A stretch of DNA of 64,000 bases from positions 13,013 to 77,012 of IMG/VR virus record IMGVR_UViG_3300032259_000002, one strand, 5' to 3'. Below are positions 63,574-64,000 of the stretch, piece by piece. This DNA is from a virus (lineage: Duplodnaviria; Caudoviricetes). The notes under the pieces are model-generated. The model was not told where the DNA came from. It was given only the letters and a program-made list of their open reading frames with translations, and did not search any database. Position numbers and translations under genes: made by a program. Within the stretch, counting starts at the first letter, position 1. The number at the start of each line of letters is the position of its first letter.

Positions 63574-64000
63574 TAGCTGCCTCCTCCAATTGTTCTTCTG
63601 CGAAATCTACTGCCTAGCTATAAGACATATCCGGCAGGACTATCATCCAAAACAAAGCCAATTCTAATAACATTTTTAATACCTCCTTTTTAATTTAAAA
63701 TTAGTGAGCTTGACTTAGACCTTTTACATATAAAAGAATGTCTATAAGCCGGTAATCTTTACTCATTTCCATAAATGATGTTTTATTTTTTTTCATATTC
63801 CCTACATCCTTTAAAATAAGATTTAATCGAGGTGATTATATCTTTTTCCATTTTATCATAGTAAGAAAGATCGTCTGAAACAATCTCCAGTACCTCATCT
63901 GAAAGACCTTTATATTCTAAAGCAAGTTCTTTATTGGTCATGTTATTGTATCCAGAAAACCCTTCTTTTAGAAGATCAATTAATTCTCCTGGATTATAAT

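Noticed and set aside
21033-63673. TAG-to-Gln recoding, suggested by two small ORFs that read plausibly through TAG (21072-21074 and about 63614-63616)
   Set aside because: All conserved genes are intact under the standard code, and many end in TAG just before the next gene or intergenic DNA (e.g. 46632, 49644, and a double TAG at 24146).

Overview
This window is about 64 kb of an AT-rich tailed dsDNA phage genome, with essentially every real gene on the minus strand. The + strand ORFs in the track are antisense shadows. No sheath gene is visible and the tape measure is 893 aa, so the virion is probably siphovirus-like. In + coordinates the order is: tail-tip/PKD proteins, tape measure, tail chaperone with a GGGAAAG -1 frameshift, tail tube, neck, HK97-type capsid and protease, portal-MuF fusion, intein-containing TerL and TerS (1-21.7 kb); small early/accessory ORFs (22-26 kb); nucleotide metabolism, recombination and a near-complete replisome (ThyX, dNMP kinase, SbcCD, RuvC, RecA, SSB, clamp loader, UDG-PolA, clamp, primase, SNF2, DnaB, 5'-3' exonuclease); three DNA methyltransferases; a 7-deazaguanine pathway (FolE, QueD, QueE, QueC, DpdA-like, PRTase); and a plasmid-type Rep gene with iterons (60.4-61.4 kb). 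The most unusual signal is at 44.8-45.8 kb, which the ORF track shows as empty. Directly behind a DpdA-like gene that starts at its FLDSGAF strand lie six coupled paralogous mini-genes (MKIY[LF]A...RLLS[YF]) that resemble the N-terminal segment the DpdA lacks. Each carries an (AG)n or (TA)n dinucleotide tract, and four of the six are currently out of frame or truncated at that tract. This suggests a split, phase-variable DNA-modification enzyme, but read-level data are needed to exclude sequencing slippage. All family calls come from motif recognition by eye, and no database searches were run.
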